Assembly (NCBI GenBank): GCA_902802905.1
Contig: CADCNT010000003.1
Location: forward strand, 24,354 to 88,353
From: an uncultured Erysipelotrichaceae bacterium
GTDB lineage: Bacteria > Bacillota_I > Bacilli_A > RFN20 > CAG-826
Direction of reading: 5' to 3'
DNA: 64,000 nt
Shown: positions 44,062 to 56,139 of the stretch, piece by piece
Layout: the number at the start of each line of letters is the position of its first letter
How positions within the stretch are numbered: position 1 is the stretch's first letter
Notes under the pieces: generated by a model
Told to the model about the DNA's origin: nothing
What the model saw: the letters and a program-made list of their open reading frames with translations, nothing else
The model's database searches: none
Position numbers and translations under genes: made by a program

Positions 44062-45350
44062 TATGAATTACGATAATCTCCTAATTTTTTACGTCTTGTT
44101 GGATGTTTAAGCTTTTTAATAGCTTTAGCTTCGATTTGACGAATACGTTCACGGGTAACGCCAAATTCTTTACCAACTTCTTCAAGAGTTCTTGGTCTGT
44201 TGTCATCAAGACCATAACGTAAACGAAGGACTCTTTCTTCTCTGTCGGTTAACTCTGTAAGGATTGCGTCCAATTCTTCTTTGAGCAATCTCTTAGTAGT
44301 ATATTCGACAGGTGACTCATTGTCCTTATCTTCGATAAAGTCAATTAAGTGTGAATCATCTTCTTCGCCAATTGGGGTTTCAAAAGAAACTGGTTCCAAA
44401 GCGATTCTTTGAATTTCACGAATTCTTTTTGGAGTCAATTCTCCGCCCATAGCCTCAGAAATTTCTTCAGCTGTTGGTTCTCTATCTAAGTCTTGGACTA
44501 ATTGTCTTTGGACTCTGGTCATCTTATTGATAGTTTCCACCATGTGGACAGGGATACGAATGGTTCTAGCTTGGTCAGCAATAGCACGTGTGATAGCTTG
44601 ACGAATCCACCATGTGGCATAAGTTGAAAACTTAAATCCTTTAGTGTAATCAAATTTATCAACGGCTTTCATCAAACCAAGGTTACCTTCTTGGATAAGA
44701 TCAAGGAAAAGCATTCCACGACCAACGTAATGTTTGGCAATGTTGACAACTAACCTAAGGTTAGCGTTAATCAATCTTTGCTTAGCTTCTTCATCGCCTT
44801 CTAAGATTTTAGCGGCGAGGATTGGCTCTTCTTCTGGCTTTAAAAGTTCGAATTTACCGATTTCTTTAAGATAAATCTTAACTGAGTCGTTAACTTTGAC
44901 ATCTCCACCAATTGAAGTATCAAGATGATCAATATCAAAATCTAAATCTTCTTCTTCGCCAGTTTCATCGGTTTCGTAAAAATCATCGTCATCTTCTTCT
45001 AACGACATTTTGGATTCATCGAAATCCTCATCGTCATCGAGATCTTCTTCTTCTTCGTCATCAGTGATAACTTCGATATTTTGCTTTGCAAAGTATTCAA
45101 TTAAATCATCGATAACATCATCATCGAGTTCATAATCGCTTAAAGCATCATAAATATCGCTTTGATCAATACAATCACCATTGTTTCTGGCTTTCTTAAG
45201 AAGTTTAGCTTCGATTTCTGCTAAAGTTGCTAAAGTTTCGTTGCTTCTTTTCTTTGCAGCTGGTTTCTTTGCTTTCTTTGGTTCGGCAGCAGCTTTTTCT
45301 TTCTTTGCTGCTGGTTTTTTAGCTTCTTCGTTTTTCTTTGGTCTTCCCAT
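44061..45350 (-). CDS. rpoD: RNA polymerase primary sigma factor
   Basis: Regions 2-4 ([27 protein letters not shown]; [17 protein letters not shown]). It lies downstream of dnaG. The N-terminus is unusually basic and then hyper-acidic. Confidence 0.95.
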   Translation of the reverse strand: MGRPKKNEEAKKPAAKKEKAAAEPKKAKKPAAKKRSNETLATLAEIEAKLLKKARNNGDCIDQSDIYDALSDYELDDDVIDDLIEYFAKQNIEVITDDEEEEDLDDDEDFDESKMSLEEDDDDFYETDETGEEEDLDFDIDHLDTSIGGDVKVNDSVKIYLKEIGKFELLKPEEEPILAAKILEGDEEAKQRLINANLRLVVNIAKHYVGRGMLFLDLIQEGNLGLMKAVDKFDYTKGFKFSTYATWWIRQAITRAIADQARTIRIPVHMVETINKMTRVQRQLVQDLDREPTAEEISEAMGGELTPKRIREIQRIALEPVSFETPIGEEDDSHLIDFIEDKDNESPVEYTTKRLLKEELDAILTELTDREERVLRLRYGLDDNRPRTLEEVGKEFGVTRERIRQIEAKAIKKLKHPTRRKKLGDYRNS

Positions 45351-45387
45351 TGTTTTGTTCTCCCTTCAAATCAATAAGATTTAGTTT

Positions 45388-47205
45388 CTATTTGTCTTCG
45401 TCATCATTAGGATTTTTATTCAACATCATTCGTCGATTGTAATCACTGATAATGCGCGCTTTTTCTAATTCACTCTTGCCCTCAAGCGATTGTTTGAGTA
45501 CATCCTCTTCACTAATGCGCTTTCGTTCGCTAAGGATTGTTTCAAGCAAGTTATTCAATAATTCGTCTGTACATTCACCTGGGTGCGTTTCCATGTAAAT
45601 GGCAATCAAATCATTTATGATTTTTTGTTTGTTCTCGATGTCACTTTCTTCAAGTAACATCATAAGGCCAGTGTCATTCATCGCATCATGACTTGCGGCG
45701 TATTCAATGATGTAATTTGCAATTGTACGGTAGATATCATCATAGAATCCTGGCACCTTTTGCTCATAAAAGGCCACTGCAGCTTTGTTTTGGCTCATTT
45801 GGTATAAAAGTTCGCGTTCGGCTGTTAATAGCTTCTGGAGAGCCTTTCTTTCAGGATGGAAGTCCTCGATAACTTCCTTAACTGTAGCAGTTTCCCCACC
45901 ATTAACTTTGTTTTTTGCTTTTTTAACAACGTTACGGATGTCTTCAACATCAAAGCCAGTTGCTTTTGAGAGCTTACGTAAGTACGTATCTAATTCTAAT
46001 TGTTCCTCAATCCTTACTAAGAACGGCAAAAATTCTTTGATTAAGGTTCTTTTTTCTTCGATTGTTTTAAGAGGATTAGATCTTAAATAATAATTTAAGA
46101 CAAAATCCATTTTTGGTAAAAGCTTGTTTAGGTACGCTTCCAAGGCCTCTTTTCCATCTTCGTTTAAGATCTCATCAGGGTCTTTAGAGCTTCCTTGATT
46201 ATCAACAACTACATATTTGAGTCCAGCTTTTGATAATTTTTGCGAAGCTTTCATCATCGCACTTTGTCCTGGCAAATCACCATCAAGACAAAGTCTTATT
46301 TCAACATTAAGCGATCTTAATAATTGAATATGCTCGTCAGTAAGCGCTGTACCCATAGTAGCCACTGCGGCATCAACACCGATTTTACTTAGTGCATACA
46401 CATCCATGAAACCTTCACATATGTAGAGGTAGCCTTTCAACTTAGCGGCACTTTTTGCAATGTGAATGTTATATAAGTTGTTGGTTTTATGAAACAAATA
46501 TGTTTCAGGCGTATTCATATACTTAGCGGTATCGTCATTTACTAATCGACGAGCGCTGAAGCCTATGACATTGCCGTCAATGTCGCAAATTGGGAATATT
46601 ACACGACCTTCATTCATGTCGGTGTATTCACCATTTTTAAGCATTTTAGCGATGCCAGCATTTTCAATTGTTATGATGGAATGTCCTTTCTTTTGCAAGA
46701 ATGCAATTGTGGATTTTCCATCTTTGTAGGCATAGCCTAACTTATACTTATTTCTAATAGAAGCATCTAACTTACGGCTCTCAAAATAATCTAATCCCTC
46801 TTTTCCCTCAGGTGTATTGAGTGCGAACTGATAGTAAAGAGTTAAATCGTGTAAACACTTAAGTATGGCTTCTTTTTTCTCATCCACTTTCTTAGGTTTA
46901 GCGATTGATTCCAAACCTTCTGGGTGATAATTCATGATCTCCGCTACTTTTTTAACAGCTTCTCCAAAGGAGCATTTATCATATTTTTGTACAAATGAGA
47001 TTGCTGTTCCACCAGTACCGCAAACAAAGCATTTAAAGAATTGTTTTTCTGGAGACACAACTAAAGAAGGATTTGTGTCATCATGGAATGGGCAAACTGC
47101 CTTATAGTTCTTACCTTGCTTGATTAAAGGAAGATAAGAAGAGATGACTTGAACAATATCCGCATGTTTTAATACATCTTCAGCTAACGAATTGTTAAAT
47201 GCCAT
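45388..47205 (-). CDS. dnaG: DNA primase
   Basis: Zinc finger CPFHDDTNPSL...CFVCG and TOPRIM EGFMDV. Confidence 0.95.
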   Translation of the reverse strand: MAFNNSLAEDVLKHADIVQVISSYLPLIKQGKNYKAVCPFHDDTNPSLVVSPEKQFFKCFVCGTGGTAISFVQKYDKCSFGEAVKKVAEIMNYHPEGLESIAKPKKVDEKKEAILKCLHDLTLYYQFALNTPEGKEGLDYFESRKLDASIRNKYKLGYAYKDGKSTIAFLQKKGHSIITIENAGIAKMLKNGEYTDMNEGRVIFPICDIDGNVIGFSARRLVNDDTAKYMNTPETYLFHKTNNLYNIHIAKSAAKLKGYLYICEGFMDVYALSKIGVDAAVATMGTALTDEHIQLLRSLNVEIRLCLDGDLPGQSAMMKASQKLSKAGLKYVVVDNQGSSKDPDEILNEDGKEALEAYLNKLLPKMDFVLNYYLRSNPLKTIEEKRTLIKEFLPFLVRIEEQLELDTYLRKLSKATGFDVEDIRNVVKKAKNKVNGGETATVKEVIEDFHPERKALQKLLTAERELLYQMSQNKAAVAFYEQKVPGFYDDIYRTIANYIIEYAASHDAMNDTGLMMLLEESDIENKQKIINDLIAIYMETHPGECTDELLNNLLETILSERKRISEEDVLKQSLEGKSELEKARIISDYNRRMMLNKNPNDDEDK

Positions 47206-47223
47206 ATAATAAAATTATAAACC

Positions 47224-47252
47224 TACTAATTTTTTACTAATTTTATACTAAT
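47224..47252 (-). repeat. Phased heptamer array (3 x ATTAGTA on the minus strand, 11-bp period)
   Basis: Plus strand: TACTAAT at 47224, 47235 and 47246. The unit at 47246 contains the glyQS TAG stop codon. The array fills the glyQS-dnaG spacer. Confidence 0.9.
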
Positions 47253-48621
47253 AGAATACCTTGACTCCTAAGTACTTCACCAAGTCAATAATCGGGATTC
47301 TAATTTGATTCATAGAATCTCTTTCACGAATTGTAACTTGGTTATCTTCTAAAGAATCGAAGTCCACTGTGATACAGAATGGAGTTCCCACTGCATCTTG
47401 ACGACGATATCTCTTACCGATACTACCAGTGTCGTCATAGACGACAGGCATATATCTGGATAAAAGATTTTGAATATCTCTAGCCTTGTCTTCAAGTTTC
47501 TTGGATAAAGGCAAGATGGCAGCTTTAATTGGGGCTACTAATGGAGATAAGTGCATGACAATTCTACTGTCTCCATTTTCTAATTGTTCTTCATCATATG
47601 CATCACATAACACCATAAGTGTTAATCTATCAAGACCAACTGATGGTTCAATACAATATGGAACATATTTCTCATTGGTTTCTGGATCAAGATACTCTAA
47701 GGACTCACCACTATAGGACATATGACGTTTTAAATCGTAATCTGTTCTATCAGCGATACCCCAAACTTCACCCCAACCAAATGGGAACATAAATTCGATG
47801 TCGGTTGTAGCTTTTGAATAGAATGCTAATTCTTCTGGATCATGGTCGCGATAACGAAGATTCTCGTTCTTAATACCTAAGGTATTAATGAAAGACAAAC
47901 ATTCTTTCTTCCAATGTTCAAACCATTCTAAGTCAGTGCCTGGTTTGCAGAAGAATTCCATTTCCATTTGTTCGAATTCACGCATTCTGAATGTCATTTG
48001 ACCAGGAGTGATTTCGTTTCTGAATGCCTTACCAACATTACAAATACCTAAAGGTAATTTTCTTCTTGTGGTACGAACAACATTCTTAAAGTTCACAAAC
48101 ACGCCTTGAGCGGTTTCTGGTCTTAAATAAACTGTGGATTTGCTATCTTCGGTAACACCAATATGTGTTTTAAACATCATATTGAATTGACGAATATCAG
48201 TGAAATTCTCGCTGCCACAATTTGGACAAGCAATGTGATGACCACGGATATATTCCATCATTTGGTCATTTGTCATTGATGTCACTGGAGCGTTTGGATC
48301 AGCTTCTTCAATTAATTGATCAGCTCTAAAACGTTGCTTACACTTCTTACAATCAATTAAAGGATCGTTAAATGCTTGCACGTGTCCAGTTGCTTCCCAG
48401 ACTCTAGGATTCATCAAGATTGCCGCATCAATTCCAACATTGGTTGGGCTTTCTTGAACGAATTTTTTCCACCACATTCTACGAATGTTTGATTTGATTT
48501 CCGCACCTAAAGGACCATAATCCCAAGTGTTTGATAAGCCACCATAAATTTCGCTTCCTTGGAAATAATATCCAGAAGAAATTAAATGGCTACATATTTT
48601 TTCAAAACTATAATCACCCAT
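47248..48621 (-). CDS. glyQS: Glycine--tRNA ligase (homodimeric GlyQS type)
   Basis: [14 protein letters not shown] and class II motifs. The start is set at MGDYSFEK (ATG 48621), which has a GGAGG SD, rather than the track start 48642. Confidence 0.93.
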   Translation of the reverse strand: MGDYSFEKICSHLISSGYYFQGSEIYGGLSNTWDYGPLGAEIKSNIRRMWWKKFVQESPTNVGIDAAILMNPRVWEATGHVQAFNDPLIDCKKCKQRFRADQLIEEADPNAPVTSMTNDQMMEYIRGHHIACPNCGSENFTDIRQFNMMFKTHIGVTEDSKSTVYLRPETAQGVFVNFKNVVRTTRRKLPLGICNVGKAFRNEITPGQMTFRMREFEQMEMEFFCKPGTDLEWFEHWKKECLSFINTLGIKNENLRYRDHDPEELAFYSKATTDIEFMFPFGWGEVWGIADRTDYDLKRHMSYSGESLEYLDPETNEKYVPYCIEPSVGLDRLTLMVLCDAYDEEQLENGDSRIVMHLSPLVAPIKAAILPLSKKLEDKARDIQNLLSRYMPVVYDDTGSIGKRYRRQDAVGTPFCITVDFDSLEDNQVTIRERDSMNQIRIPIIDLVKYLGVKVFY

Positions 48622-48649
48622 GTGACTACCTCCAAAAAACACGAGTAAA

Positions 48650-48678
48650 AGTATATGGTCTCATTGATATCTTGTCAA
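48650..48678 (-). promoter_or_regulatory. Sigma-A type promoter of glyQS
   Basis: Minus strand: TTGACA (48678-48673), 17-nt spacer, TATACT (48655-48650). The short leader leaves no room for a T-box. Confidence 0.65.
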
Positions 48679-48705
48679 CCCATTATCAGTGTACTTTTTA
48701 ATTAA

Positions 48706-49422
48706 TTATTTTAATAAAAGATCAAAAGTTCTTAGATTCACGCCTATAGTGTTATCAACAAACTCTTTTAATTTTTTCAAAATTAATTTCTTATCTTCAA
48801 GTGAATAATTCTCGATTTTAAGACATGAATAATCTGGTGATTTAAAGATATATCTAATTAATTTCATCTGCGATTTTGCTAAATCACGCACAATTCCATC
48901 ACGCATACAATTTGTGCAAACAAACCCACCATTTTCAAAAGAGAATGTGGCAATGCTCGTTGTGCCTCCACAGAATACGCAATGATCAACTTCAAACTCT
49001 ACACCACTAAATTTCAATAATCTACTTAAGTAGATTAAGACAACCATGTAGCAGTCTTTACCATTCTTCAGTGCCTTGATTGCTGCTAATAAATCGTTAA
49101 ACGCTAAATGCTTTTCTTCGTCTTGTAAAACGTTATTGGAAATCTCAATTAGTGCGTTTACCGCTGCTAAATATTCCAAGGTATAGTCGTTATTCAATGC
49201 AAAAGCTACCGGCATGGCGTTTTTTAATAAACTATGTTTATAGCGGCCATCTTCCATAAACTCAACATCCGCAATTGTTAATGGGTTGTTGAGCCAAATA
49301 AATTTTCCTTTAGGATCTTGCGCTCCTTTTGCTTGAAAGGAAATAAATCCATCTTTACTGATTGCATTAAAAATGCAGTCTTTTTCTTTATACTTGCTGA
49401 CTGATAGTATAATAACTTTCAT
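48706..49422 (-). CDS. recO: DNA repair protein RecO
   Basis: N-terminal OB fold and a C-terminal zinc motif (CVFCGG...CTNC). It lies downstream of era, as in Bacillus. Confidence 0.85.
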   Translation of the reverse strand: MKVIILSVSKYKEKDCIFNAISKDGFISFQAKGAQDPKGKFIWLNNPLTIADVEFMEDGRYKHSLLKNAMPVAFALNNDYTLEYLAAVNALIEISNNVLQDEEKHLAFNDLLAAIKALKNGKDCYMVVLIYLSRLLKFSGVEFEVDHCVFCGGTTSIATFSFENGGFVCTNCMRDGIVRDLAKSQMKLIRYIFKSPDYSCLKIENYSLEDKKLILKKLKEFVDNTIGVNLRTFDLLLK

Positions 49423-49424
49423 TT

Positions 49425-50312
49425 TTACTTCTTTTTGATTTTATATCCGTATGCTTCTAAAGAAGCTTCGTCGTTTCGCCAATCTTCTTTGACTTTCACA
49501 AACAATTCTAAGAAGACGTGCTTTCCTAATAGTTTTTCAATACTATTACGTGATTTTTGGCCAATCTCTTTAATCATTTTGCCGCCTTTTCCAATCACTA
49601 TTCCCTTCTGGGAATCTTTCTCAACAATAATTGAGGCGACGATGTGGATTGGTTTGGCTTCCCAGTCAATGCTATTAATGTAAATAGCAATACTATGTGG
49701 GACTTCATCTCTTAAGATTTTGAGTGCCTTTTCTCTAATAATTTCTTTGATTTGGAAAATCTCATCCTTGTCAGTGATTTCTTCACCAGGATAATATTCT
49801 GGGCCCTCTGGCAAGAGTTCTTCCACCATTTTGATCAATAAGTCTAAATTGAATCTTTCGCTCGCTACAGTGTCAATAAAATGGCTTTCTGGGAGTTTTT
49901 CATGATAGATTGCCTTTAACTTTTCTACTTTATCAAGTCGAGCTTGGTCAATTTTATTAAATACGATGATTAAAGGGGCATTTTTAATATCAAGATGTTG
50001 CAAAAGATATTCGTCCCCTTCTCCAAATGGTTTAGAAGCATCGACCACTAAAATATTCACATCCGCATCATGTGCAGAGGAATAAGCCATGTTATTCATT
50101 TCCTCGCCAAGTTTAGCGTGAGGTTTATGAATACCAGGAGTGTCGATGAAAATAATCTGTGAATTCTCACCGCGATAAATGCCTTTAATCACATTACGAG
50201 TGGTTTGGCTTTTATCGGTGACAATGGAGATTTTTCTATTGATAATGCCATTTAAAATGGTAGATTTGCCAACGTTTGGATGACCTAAGATGGTAACAAA
50301 CCCGGATTTCAT
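49425..50312 (-). CDS. era: GTPase Era
   Basis: GHPNVGKSTILN, DTPG, NKID and a C-terminal KH domain. Confidence 0.95.
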   Translation of the reverse strand: MKSGFVTILGHPNVGKSTILNGIINRKISIVTDKSQTTRNVIKGIYRGENSQIIFIDTPGIHKPHAKLGEEMNNMAYSSAHDADVNILVVDASKPFGEGDEYLLQHLDIKNAPLIIVFNKIDQARLDKVEKLKAIYHEKLPESHFIDTVASERFNLDLLIKMVEELLPEGPEYYPGEEITDKDEIFQIKEIIREKALKILRDEVPHSIAIYINSIDWEAKPIHIVASIIVEKDSQKGIVIGKGGKMIKEIGQKSRNSIEKLLGKHVFLELFVKVKEDWRNDEASLEAYGYKIKKK

Positions 50313-50713
50313 TACTTTAAGTCATCTCCTGAGAAAGCAAAGGGGAGAAGTTCGTCAATATTAGTCTCTTGCTCGTCCCCTTTCAAATTGCTCATATAAA
50401 TTGGAGCTTTGCGAGGAAATAATTCACTTATCACTTGACGACATGCTCCGCATGGAGAACATGGTTGGTCAGTGTCTGCTGATAAGGCTAAAGCGACAAA
50501 GTCATCTTTTTTATAACCATGCATCATCGCGTTGTATAATGCATTTCTTTCTGCGCACATGCATAGAGGATAGGAAGAATTTTCGATGTTTGCCCCAACG
50601 AAAACTTGTCCATCCTTTGTTAATACAGCCGCTCCGACTGCGAAATGGCTATAGGGAGAATAAGATAACGCTCTTGCTTCTTTAGCTTTAATAATCAGTT
50701 CTTTTTTGTCCAT
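50312..50713 (-). CDS. cdd: Cytidine deaminase
   Basis: CAERNA and PCGACRQ zinc motifs; 133 aa. Confidence 0.93.
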   Translation of the reverse strand: MDKKELIIKAKEARALSYSPYSHFAVGAAVLTKDGQVFVGANIENSSYPLCMCAERNALYNAMMHGYKKDDFVALALSADTDQPCSPCGACRQVISELFPRKAPIYMSNLKGDEQETNIDELLPFAFSGDDLK

Positions 50714-50716
50714 GAG

Positions 50717-51172
50717 TTATATTCCTTTCGCTGATAAGATTTCATCTTGTAAACTAAACATTATTTTTTCATCTTCTTCTTTCATGTGATCAAACCCTAG
50801 TAAATGAAGCAACCCATGAATGAAGAGAAATGATAATTCCCGGTGGAGACTATGTCCATATTCTTCAGCTTGCTCTTTTGCTTTATCAATTGAGATATAA
50901 ATATCTCCTAAAACAACAACACCTGGGGAAGAAAGTATTTTATCATAGTTTCCTTCCGCGTCAACAAAAGCAAAGCTGATGACATCAGTTGGGCGATCAA
51001 TACCGCGGTACTTCTTATTGATTTTATGGATGTATTTGTTGTCCACAAAGGAAACAGAAACAATTGGATCACACTTAATGTCCAACCTTTTAAGCGTGAA
51101 CGCCATTAAATCTAAATAATGTTCTTCGTATTGATCGAATTCCGGAAATTTTGAATTAAAATCTAATTCCAT
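50717..51172 (-). CDS. ybeY: rRNA maturation endoribonuclease YbeY
   Basis: HGLLHLLGFDH metal-binding motif; 151 aa. Confidence 0.93.
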   Translation of the reverse strand: MELDFNSKFPEFDQYEEHYLDLMAFTLKRLDIKCDPIVSVSFVDNKYIHKINKKYRGIDRPTDVISFAFVDAEGNYDKILSSPGVVVLGDIYISIDKAKEQAEEYGHSLHRELSFLFIHGLLHLLGFDHMKEEDEKIMFSLQDEILSAKGI

Positions 51173-51199
51173 ATGAATATCTTATCATAGATAATTAGC

Positions 51200-52417
51200 T
51201 CATACTATTGAATTGTTACTCACATTTAAATCGAGGCAATGGAGTAGTTTCACTAATTGGTTGTCGAAGTCCTCGCTCTGCGAAGAACATTCGAGCAAAC
51301 GGATGAAATTATCTTTAAGATAAACTGATATACAAAGATAAAAGACAACATAAATCACACTGACGACATGAGATAGAGACATGATGGTAACCGCTGACAT
51401 CAATAAAACGGCAACTTCAATGTAAGAGAAAGTGTTTCTAAATAAACCTAACTGATACGCCGCGTCATGAGTGTTATTCACTACTGCGCGAAATTGAAAT
51501 TGATTGGCTACTGTCTTGATTTTTAGTTCTTCTTCTGCGAGTTCATTGCTCTTTCTTTTATGATAAGGAAGATAAACATAGACATGAATAATGGCTAAAA
51601 CTAGTGCTAAAAGCACATAGATAACATTAATTGCCCCATTCATGACTAAAAGCACTGTCATAAAGATAGAAACTAAAGCCGCATAGATGAAATTAGGAAT
51701 CGTCGACAATGCCACGTAGCGGTATTTTTCTTCAACTTTATAAAATTCGTATAGCTCGCTAGGTTCTACGGTGATTTTATAGTTGAAAATGTTGTCATCC
51801 ATTCTTTTTAAAGCATTAATCAAACCTTTACGAAATATAATTTCGAAGATGAAGAATAACGCAAAGAGAATGATCGGAACGAAGAAATAGGAGCTGGAAT
51901 TAATGAAATAGACAGCAAGCAAAAGTGAAACTCCACTAGCGAGCTGCCAGATAGGAAGAGCGACCTTGTCTTTCTTGCTGATGAAATCAATGGGCTCAAA
52001 ATCACATTCTACGTGCACGTATTCTTGCTCTTTTTCAATAATTAACGCCCGTAAATCCCATTGTTCATATAAAGTATCCAATGGAATCCTTCTTTTTCCA
52101 ACTTCTGGATCATAAACTTTGACATATTTTTTAGTTGCTTTAAGCAAAAGAACACTATGTCTAATTCCTTTGCCTTTATCAAGAGTTATCATAAATGGAA
52201 ATTCTTTACTTCCAATTAACTCCTGCACACTTTTGATTTTGATGCCTAATGTGTTCATATGATATTTTGAAGCAATATCTTTGAGTTCTTTAAAACTGTA
52301 GGCATCTTTCTTTCCGGGTAAGAAAAGATAATTCTTGTCGTGATGATAATTAGCCAACATCATCTTTAGACAAGCAAAGGCACAATCATGTTGGCCGACT
52401 TGAGATATAAAATACAT
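51200..52417 (-). CDS. Peptidase C39 (bacteriocin-processing type) domain fused to a multi-pass membrane domain, with no ABC ATPase domain
   Basis: The N-terminal ~130 aa carry the full C39 signature: Q6/Q9, C12 in GQHDCAFACLKMML, H87 in IRHSVLLL, D103 in VYDPEVG. About 5-6 TM helices follow. The protein ends at 405 aa without Walker motifs. Strong SD AAGGAGG. Confidence 0.75.
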   Translation of the reverse strand: MYFISQVGQHDCAFACLKMMLANYHHDKNYLFLPGKKDAYSFKELKDIASKYHMNTLGIKIKSVQELIGSKEFPFMITLDKGKGIRHSVLLLKATKKYVKVYDPEVGKRRIPLDTLYEQWDLRALIIEKEQEYVHVECDFEPIDFISKKDKVALPIWQLASGVSLLLAVYFINSSSYFFVPIILFALFFIFEIIFRKGLINALKRMDDNIFNYKITVEPSELYEFYKVEEKYRYVALSTIPNFIYAALVSIFMTVLLVMNGAINVIYVLLALVLAIIHVYVYLPYHKRKSNELAEEELKIKTVANQFQFRAVVNNTHDAAYQLGLFRNTFSYIEVAVLLMSAVTIMSLSHVVSVIYVVFYLCISVYLKDNFIRLLECSSQSEDFDNQLVKLLHCLDLNVSNNSIV

Positions 52418-52438
52418 TTGACCTCCTTTGTAGAGTAT

Positions 52439-52499
52439 CCCCTACATATAATAAAGAGGCGATTTTTTTCAAAATTTGCTAAAAAAATTTTCGAAAGTG
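52439..52499 (-). promoter_or_regulatory. Conserved promoter-like element, copy B (partner at 1843-1904)
   Basis: The reverse complement reads CACTTTCGAAAATTTTTTTAGCAAATTTTGAAAAAAATCGCCTCTTTATTATATGTAGGGG. This has 2 substitutions over the first 57 nt relative to copy A. Confidence 0.5.
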
Positions 52500-52504
52500 A
52501 TGTT

Positions 52505-52532
52505 AGTAAAAGAAAAGACCCATTAGGGTCTT
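52505..52532 (-). terminator. Rho-independent terminator of the hrcA-grpE-dnaK-dnaJ operon
   Basis: Minus strand: AAGACCC-TAAT-GGGTCTT followed by TTCTTTT. The hairpin overlaps the dnaJ stop. Confidence 0.7.
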
Positions 52533-53661
52533 ATTTTTTGAAATTTTTTTTGAATTTGTTATAAGGGTTATCACTGTCTTTGGTGTTGTCCTTATATTGT
52601 TGCAAGGCTTCTTTTTGCTTGCGATTAAGGGAGGTTGGAGACTTGATGTCGAGATGAACATATTGGTCGCCAGGCTTACCAGTACGCAAATCTTTAATAC
52701 CCTGCCCGCGCATTCTCAGTGTTTGTCCAGGTTGAGTGCCTTCTGGAATGGTAAGTAAGACATCACCGTTCACTGTTGGGACTTCAATCTTAGTTCCTAA
52801 GATAGCGTCAACAAAGTCGATTGGAATGTCGATATGAATATCGTTTCTTTCGCGTTTGAAGTATGGATGTGGTTTGACATTGATTTCAATATAGAGATCG
52901 CCGTGTTCTCCACCATTGCTTCCAGCACCACCCATTCCTTGTAGACGAATTTGTTGTCCGCTTTGAATACCGACTGGAATATGAATCTTCATCGTCTTCT
53001 TAACGCGCTTATGGCCGCTACCACCACAGACTGAACATTTCTTTGAAATGATACGGCCGCTACCACCACAATCTGGACAGACTGTTTCCGTATTCACCAT
53101 ACCAAACAAGCTTCTTTGTTGTCTAATAATTGAGCCTTTACCACCACACTTAGAACAGGTTTTTACATCGCTTGGTGTATCAGCACCTGTACCGTGACAA
53201 TGTGGGCAATCATCATCAAAGTCGAATGATACTTCTTCATCTTTGCCGTTCACCACGTCCATAAATTCGACGCGATGCTTCATCAAGATGTCGTCTCCTC
53301 TTTGAGGACCGGTTCGATGTGCACTACGACGTGAACCGCCTCCAAAGAAGCTTGAGAAGATGTCACCTAAGTTGATATCCTCTCCAAATCCAGAGAATCC
53401 ACCAAATGGATTGCCTCCAGCAGGGCCTCCTCCGGTTTGTTCAAAGGCAGCATGGCCAAATTGATCATAGGCTGAACGTTTTTGGTCATCATATAAAATA
53501 TCGTATGCTTCCTGAACCTCTTTAAATTTCGCTTCATCACCAGTTTCTTTATTGTCTGGATGATATTTTTTCGCTAATTTACGATAGGCAGATTTGATTT
53601 CATCTTTAGATGCACTTTTAGAGACACCTAGAACTTCATAATAATCTCTTTTTGTTGCCAT
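52531..53661 (-). CDS. dnaJ: Chaperone DnaJ
   Basis: J domain (HPD in KKYHPDNK), a G/F region and four CxxCxGxG zinc repeats. Confidence 0.96.
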   Translation of the reverse strand: MATKRDYYEVLGVSKSASKDEIKSAYRKLAKKYHPDNKETGDEAKFKEVQEAYDILYDDQKRSAYDQFGHAAFEQTGGGPAGGNPFGGFSGFGEDINLGDIFSSFFGGGSRRSAHRTGPQRGDDILMKHRVEFMDVVNGKDEEVSFDFDDDCPHCHGTGADTPSDVKTCSKCGGKGSIIRQQRSLFGMVNTETVCPDCGGSGRIISKKCSVCGGSGHKRVKKTMKIHIPVGIQSGQQIRLQGMGGAGSNGGEHGDLYIEINVKPHPYFKRERNDIHIDIPIDFVDAILGTKIEVPTVNGDVLLTIPEGTQPGQTLRMRGQGIKDLRTGKPGDQYVHLDIKSPTSLNRKQKEALQQYKDNTKDSDNPYNKFKKNFKK

Positions 53662-53685
53662 ACTCGTCCTTTCTATTCCGCCTAA

Positions 53686-53703
53686 AGAGGGCCGAAGCCC
53701 TCT
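53686..53703 (-). other. Intercistronic stem-loop between dnaK and dnaJ
   Basis: Minus strand: AGAGGGC-UUCG-GCCCUCU (UUCG tetraloop) with no strong U tract. Likely an mRNA stability element or attenuator. Confidence 0.4.
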
Positions 53704-53734
53704 AAAGAAAGGAAATTAGATTTATGATTTTCAA

Positions 53735-56125
<2,391 letters not shown>

Positions 56126-56139
<14 letters not shown>

